Positions 25,828-29,637 of a stretch of DNA of 29,637 nt are shown here, one piece after another. Position numbers and translations under genes: made by a program. The notes under the pieces are model-generated. The model did no database searches. It was not told the DNA's origin and saw only the letters and a list, made by a program, of their open reading frames with translations. Source of the DNA: a virus (lineage: Duplodnaviria; Caudoviricetes); IMG/VR virus record IMGVR_UViG_3300004241_000041, positions 1 to 29,637 of that record; one strand, written 5' to 3'. Every line of letters starts with the position of its first letter. The first letter of the stretch is position 1.

Positions 25828-26502
25828 TTAATTAAAGTACTTTATAGCCTGTTCTGGAGTCATTCTTTCAAAACAATCTATCCTACTCTCTGGCGATCCG
25901 TTTACTATTTTAGCTCCTCTAAGATTGAACTGATTAACGCTATGGCTATATATCTTTGGTAGATTAGTTACATATTCTGTAAACTTGTCTCCCCACGATT
26001 TATTGTATGGATCTGTAGTATCGTACCAATGCCCATACCCGTAGCAATCAACGCCTAATAATATAACCTTAGTAGCCTCGAAATGATATGCCAATCCTAG
26101 AGCCGAGTACACTGAATCCCCTGTCGTTATTTTATCTTTATCTTCTTGTAGTCCAGAAAAACCCAACTCCACGCCTTCTTCACCCTTCGGGACTATCCTT
26201 TCTAAGTAATGTACCCCATCAACAATCTCGTACCATTCCCTATTTTTATCATCTATCTGTGGGTAACAGGCAAAATAATAACAGTCATCTCTACGGTTGG
26301 TCATATTGTCTTGTGCTTTACCTTCAAGACATGGGTCAACAGTAATCCAATAATCAGCTTTCTTTAGATGCTTAATAACATGATTGACAGTAATAATAAC
26401 CCCATCAAAGGAGTCTAACAAACTGAAATCAAAATCTCTGAGGCTTTCCCCTCCTCCGATTATTAATACCTTATCGTGTCTTTGTTCTACGGGTTTGAAC
26501 AT
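25828..26502 (-). CDS. Maf/DUF115 (MptE-like, sialyltransferase-fold) sugar transferase
   Basis: IIGGGESL, IITVN, DYWITVD, SVYSALGLAY and VILLGVD match the ordered motifs of the CstII/Maf-type fold. Confidence 0.7.
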   Translation of the reverse strand: MFKPVEQRHDKVLIIGGGESLRDFDFSLLDSFDGVIITVNHVIKHLKKADYWITVDPCLEGKAQDNMTNRRDDCYYFACYPQIDDKNREWYEIVDGVHYLERIVPKGEEGVELGFSGLQEDKDKITTGDSVYSALGLAYHFEATKVILLGVDCYGYGHWYDTTDPYNKSWGDKFTEYVTNLPKIYSHSVNQFNLRGAKIVNGSPESRIDCFERMTPEQAIKYFN

Positions 26503-27718
26503 GATTTACTTTATCAATTAATTTCTCCCAATCTCCAATAGAAGACTTAGGTGTAGTATCGAATCCTTTGGGGATTTTAGTTAGTATCTTCTTTATATTC
26601 ACATTGTCTATGTCCTGATTTATAATATAACCATTAACGCCGTCTTTAACTAACTCCTCAACACCTTTCCATTCTGACACTATACAAGGGATACCCATTT
26701 GTAATGCTTCTAGTACTGTATATGGACAACCTTCAAAGTCTGATAACTGTACTAGGTAATCAGCTTCCGTTAGTCTTAAAGTAACATCACTTTTATATCC
26801 TACGAATTGCACCTCTTCAATATCTTTAAAATTTTCCCTAATTGCTTTATCTTCATTAGGCATGTGCGTATTATCCCCACATATAGTCCACAAGAAAGGT
26901 ATGCCACTAGCCTTGAGTAACTTAGCAAACTTGAACATCTTAGAGTCCCCGAATCTCATATCAAATCCTTTCTCAGGGGATAGTCTTGCATTGGTTACAA
27001 ATCGTACTGGTTTTTTAGCTTTCTTGCCGAAGTCTGGATCTAAAAGGTTATATATAACTGCACAATCTTTTTTATATAGCTTCTTGAATATCTTAGCTAC
27101 ATGCTTGCTTACTGATATGTACTGTTTGACATGAGGGTTGTCTGCTAATGGCATACTGTTGTATTTCTCGTAATCGCTATGAACCCACTGCATCCATAGT
27201 TTCGCTTTAATCTGGGGTGGTTCTAAATGGTTAGAAGCTAGTAGACATACATCACAATCTAAAACTTTATCTTCTAATTTCACTAAATTAGATACCTCTG
27301 CATACTTTTTCATAGCCTCTTCAGACTCGCAACAGTTATACGCTATCGTTACAAAGTATTTCTTTCTATCTAGGAGTTTAGCTAGTTGATATACCGCTGT
27401 TTCTATACCCCCAACCTTAGGTAGATAGTTAGGATATATAACGAAATGTATCTTATTCTTTGGGACTTTAACCTGGAGTTTCTTTGTTATCGTAATTCGT
27501 TCCTTCTTACTCGCTTGTGGAGTCTTAGGAGTACCCAAATAGAATTCATCCGTCATTAACAAAGGATTGTCCCTTTTGAGTCTTGCGTACTGCTCTGGGT
27601 GAGTATCTATGAAGTGTTGAGATACCGATATAATCTCTATCCCTGATCCATGACACATAGACTCTTCAAAAGCCTCGCTCACATCAACTATTCTACCAGT
27701 TGCGTTTTTAATATACAT
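26471..27718 (-). CDS. Glycosyltransferase, GT4 / GT-B fold, with extra ~88-aa N-terminal domain
   Basis: GGIET, ARLSPEKG, EGCPYTVLEALQMGIPCI and ELVKDGVNGY motifs. Confidence 0.9.
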   Translation of the reverse strand: MYIKNATGRIVDVSEAFEESMCHGSGIEIISVSQHFIDTHPEQYARLKRDNPLLMTDEFYLGTPKTPQASKKERITITKKLQVKVPKNKIHFVIYPNYLPKVGGIETAVYQLAKLLDRKKYFVTIAYNCCESEEAMKKYAEVSNLVKLEDKVLDCDVCLLASNHLEPPQIKAKLWMQWVHSDYEKYNSMPLADNPHVKQYISVSKHVAKIFKKLYKKDCAVIYNLLDPDFGKKAKKPVRFVTNARLSPEKGFDMRFGDSKMFKFAKLLKASGIPFLWTICGDNTHMPNEDKAIRENFKDIEEVQFVGYKSDVTLRLTEADYLVQLSDFEGCPYTVLEALQMGIPCIVSEWKGVEELVKDGVNGYIINQDIDNVNIKKILTKIPKGFDTTPKSSIGDWEKLIDKVNHVQTRRTKTR

Positions 27719-27735
27719 TCGATAAATAGATTATC

Positions 27736-27909
27736 TTATTTCTTCTTTAACTTTACCGATACAGTTTCAATTGGGACTTTCTTTGGGTCTTCTGGAGCGT
27801 AATAAGTAAACACAAAACAATTATCTAGCATTTCTTTAACCAACTTCTCCTGTTCCTTGGTTATTGGCTTCTCTAACTCACAAAATATCCCATTAACTAC
27901 TACTTGCAT
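27736..27909 (-). CDS. Small hypothetical protein (57 aa)
   Basis: Not in the ORF track. MQVVVNGIFCELEKPITKEQEKLVKEMLDNCFVFTYYAPEDPKKVPIETVSVKLKKK fills the gap and overlaps the HNH stop. Confidence 0.55.
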   Translation of the reverse strand: MQVVVNGIFCELEKPITKEQEKLVKEMLDNCFVFTYYAPEDPKKVPIETVSVKLKKK

Positions 27910-28262
27910 TGTTCTAATTCACTTAATTTATTTAATAAATCTTCTATAGTCCATTTTACTATATTATTTCTAATAGCCATAATATATTCTAAGTCTTCCT
28001 TGCGGTTACTCTCTAGCCATGTATGAAACCACTCTGGACTCTGGTGAGCAGATTCCTTCCTGAATACATGACAACCTGAGCATAGACATACTCCATTTCT
28101 CAAGTCCCATCTTAGTTGTAGGTTTCTTCTCCCTTCTACATGGTGAGCATTAAGATATTCCTTTGTAGAACATACCTCGCATCTCCCTTTAGAAAGGATT
28201 GCTCTGCTCCATGCCTTATCTAATTTCCTTTCAATTGTTTTCTTAGAGGCAGTTTGTGGCAT
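27900..28262 (-). CDS. HNH endonuclease, NinG/Rap-like
   Basis: CEVC...AHH...RWDLRNGVCLCSGCH. ATG at 28262 preferred (TAATG overlap with the upstream gene). Confidence 0.8.
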   Translation of the reverse strand: MPQTASKKTIERKLDKAWSRAILSKGRCEVCSTKEYLNAHHVEGRRNLQLRWDLRNGVCLCSGCHVFRKESAHQSPEWFHTWLESNRKEDLEYIMAIRNNIVKWTIEDLLNKLSELEQCK

Positions 28263-28513
28263 TACATGGAAGCCCCTAAAATAAGGAAGAGTAAAAGCAA
28301 TGTGCCAAAGATTATTGATACGATTGCCATCCACTCACCCTTCTCACCTCTCTTGTTAATCTGGAACAAGGCTATAATCCCTACGACAAATCCAGCAATG
28401 GTTGTATAACCAAAGGTGAATATTCCCAACATAGTGAGAATAAATCCTGCAATCGCCATACCATTTGTTTTTGGTTCTTGGTATTCTTGAACCTGTTTTT
28501 TTGCTCTTGGCAT
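28262..28513 (-). CDS. DUF4190-like small membrane protein
   Basis: TNGMAIAGFIL..LG...GIIAL.QI...GEKG.WMAI..IIFG pattern. Confidence 0.7.
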   Translation of the reverse strand: MPRAKKQVQEYQEPKTNGMAIAGFILTMLGIFTFGYTTIAGFVVGIIALFQINKRGEKGEWMAIVSIIFGTLLLLFLILGASM

Positions 28514-28543
28514 ATTAAATATAAATAAAAATTTAATTACGAT

Positions 28544-29038
28544 CTAACTCAAACACTCAACAGCTTCTTCTTGAAGTTCCTTCTGATTTTCTAAACTTAA
28601 TAATCTATTAACTTTCTTAACTATGCTTTTATAGACTTTTACTTCTCCCCCATCTACAACCTTGAATACCACCATGAGCATCTTTATAAGTTCCAACTCT
28701 TCCTTACTAAAGCTCCTCTCGGATAATAATTGCTCTATAAGTCTGGTTAAATCGTTGGTTATCTCCCTAATTCCAATCTTGTCGGAATTTTTAAGATAGG
28801 TGAGCATAGTCTTTTCTAATTCTTCCCTCCACTCCTTTGTGTCAACCCCATTGTCAATAGTCTTAATTTCATCTGTCAACCCCTCTGGTATACTCTCTAA
28901 TGGTTCAATTCTCTCATTCCAATGTTCTAACAACATCTCAATATCATTCTGGAAACTCAATGCTTCTGCTCCTCCATACACTTCATACTTATCCCATTTG
29001 GCTATTAACTTTTGTAAATATTGTTTTATGTTCTCCAT
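28544..29038 (-). CDS. Hypothetical protein
   Basis: 164-aa helical ORF, co-oriented and tightly packed. Confidence 0.55.
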   Translation of the reverse strand: MENIKQYLQKLIAKWDKYEVYGGAEALSFQNDIEMLLEHWNERIEPLESIPEGLTDEIKTIDNGVDTKEWREELEKTMLTYLKNSDKIGIREITNDLTRLIEQLLSERSFSKEELELIKMLMVVFKVVDGGEVKVYKSIVKKVNRLLSLENQKELQEEAVECLS

Positions 29039-29047
29039 ATATAATCC

Positions 29048-29266
29048 CTACTTACTAATTTTAGATAAATCTTTAATCTTCCTATCAATGCTTTGATACA
29101 ACTCTGCTTGTATCATATTTCTAAAGTCATCTGGAAAGCCTGTCCTTTTGTCCAGATAATTACAATGGTAGCTATCTCGTATCTCCTGTAGTGAACTAAT
29201 CACTTTCTTGTTCACCAATATGGCAATGTTCTCATTGAATTCTTTTATCTGATTTTTCTTTTCCAT
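29048..29266 (-). CDS. Hypothetical protein
   Basis: 72-aa ORF, co-oriented and tightly packed. Confidence 0.5.
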   Translation of the reverse strand: MEKKNQIKEFNENIAILVNKKVISSLQEIRDSYHCNYLDKRTGFPDDFRNMIQAELYQSIDRKIKDLSKISK

Positions 29267-29289
29267 ATATATAATTACTTAAAATTAAA

Positions 29290-29604
29290 CTACTTAACTT
29301 CTTTCTTTTCTTTCTTGCCGAACTTCTCAAAGAGTGGGAAGTCTTTTACAGCACTCCCTAATTGGCTTTCAAAATCTACAAAGAATATCATATAGAATAT
29401 TGAAGAACTGTAACCATCTTCTTCTCTATATAGCCTGTGTGTTCCGTCTTCTGTTATCAGAAATCTATCAAAGAGTAAAACTGCCACGCCCACTATTGAA
29501 TCGCTAGTTCCAGCTAAACACGCATCATATATAACAAGGCGAATTGGTCTACTGAAAGTTCGGAAGAAAAAAGAAATAAATCTCTTTAACCAGTTCTTTT
29601 TCAT
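29290..29604 (-). CDS. Hypothetical protein
   Basis: 104-aa ORF, co-oriented, with an AT-rich leader like the other genes. Confidence 0.5.
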   Translation of the reverse strand: MKKNWLKRFISFFFRTFSRPIRLVIYDACLAGTSDSIVGVAVLLFDRFLITEDGTHRLYREEDGYSSSIFYMIFFVDFESQLGSAVKDFPLFEKFGKKEKKEVK

Positions 29605-29637
29605 ATATTCTAATACTAAAAATTATTTACTAATCAA

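Noticed and set aside
838-29096. Numerous plus-strand ORFs in the six-frame track (e.g. 2394..2789, 5755..6096, 14716..15147, 22009..22431)
   Set aside because: All are antisense shadows of well-supported minus-strand genes, with low-complexity translations and no recognisable motifs.
1-29637. Stop-codon reassignment (TAG or TGA recoding)
   Set aside because: Long genes are intact under the standard code, and TAA, TAG and TGA all terminate genes at sensible, tightly packed positions.
1-29637. CRISPR array, tRNA, integrase/transposase, or reverse transcriptase (DGR)
   Set aside because: I saw no regularly spaced identical repeats, cloverleaf, recombinase or RT motifs, and no adenine-specific template/variable repeat pair. 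Repeats in the large protein differ mainly at synonymous sites.

Overview
A ~30 kb stretch of an AT-rich tailed (siphovirus-like) phage or prophage, encoded entirely on the minus strand in the standard genetic code. In transcription order (right to left) it contains: small hypotheticals, a DUF4190-like membrane protein, an HNH/NinG-like nuclease, a GT4 glycosyltransferase, a Maf/DUF115-like sugar transferase, terminase small and large subunits, and the portal. A 5.4 kb fibre/decoration insertion (including a 1254-aa modular repeat protein) follows, then MuF-like minor head protein, scaffold, major capsid, a second GT4 glycosyltransferase flanked by small ORFs, head-tail joining genes, tail tube, a frameshifted chaperone pair, a short tape measure, Dit/hub/receptor-binding genes, a lysis cassette (M23 endolysin plus four small membrane proteins) and the start of a metallophosphoesterase. 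The best candidate for an undescribed system is a virion-glycosylation module: three sugar transferases, plus a small domain (MxIxNxxGRIVDxxExxEES) that is fused to one GT4 and encoded as a free protein next to the other, directly behind the capsid gene. Also notable are an apparently split Dit protein whose last strand sits at the end of the next gene, and a carbohydrate-binding-like domain shared between Dit and the large fibre protein. All product calls come from motif recognition and gene order; no database searches were run.
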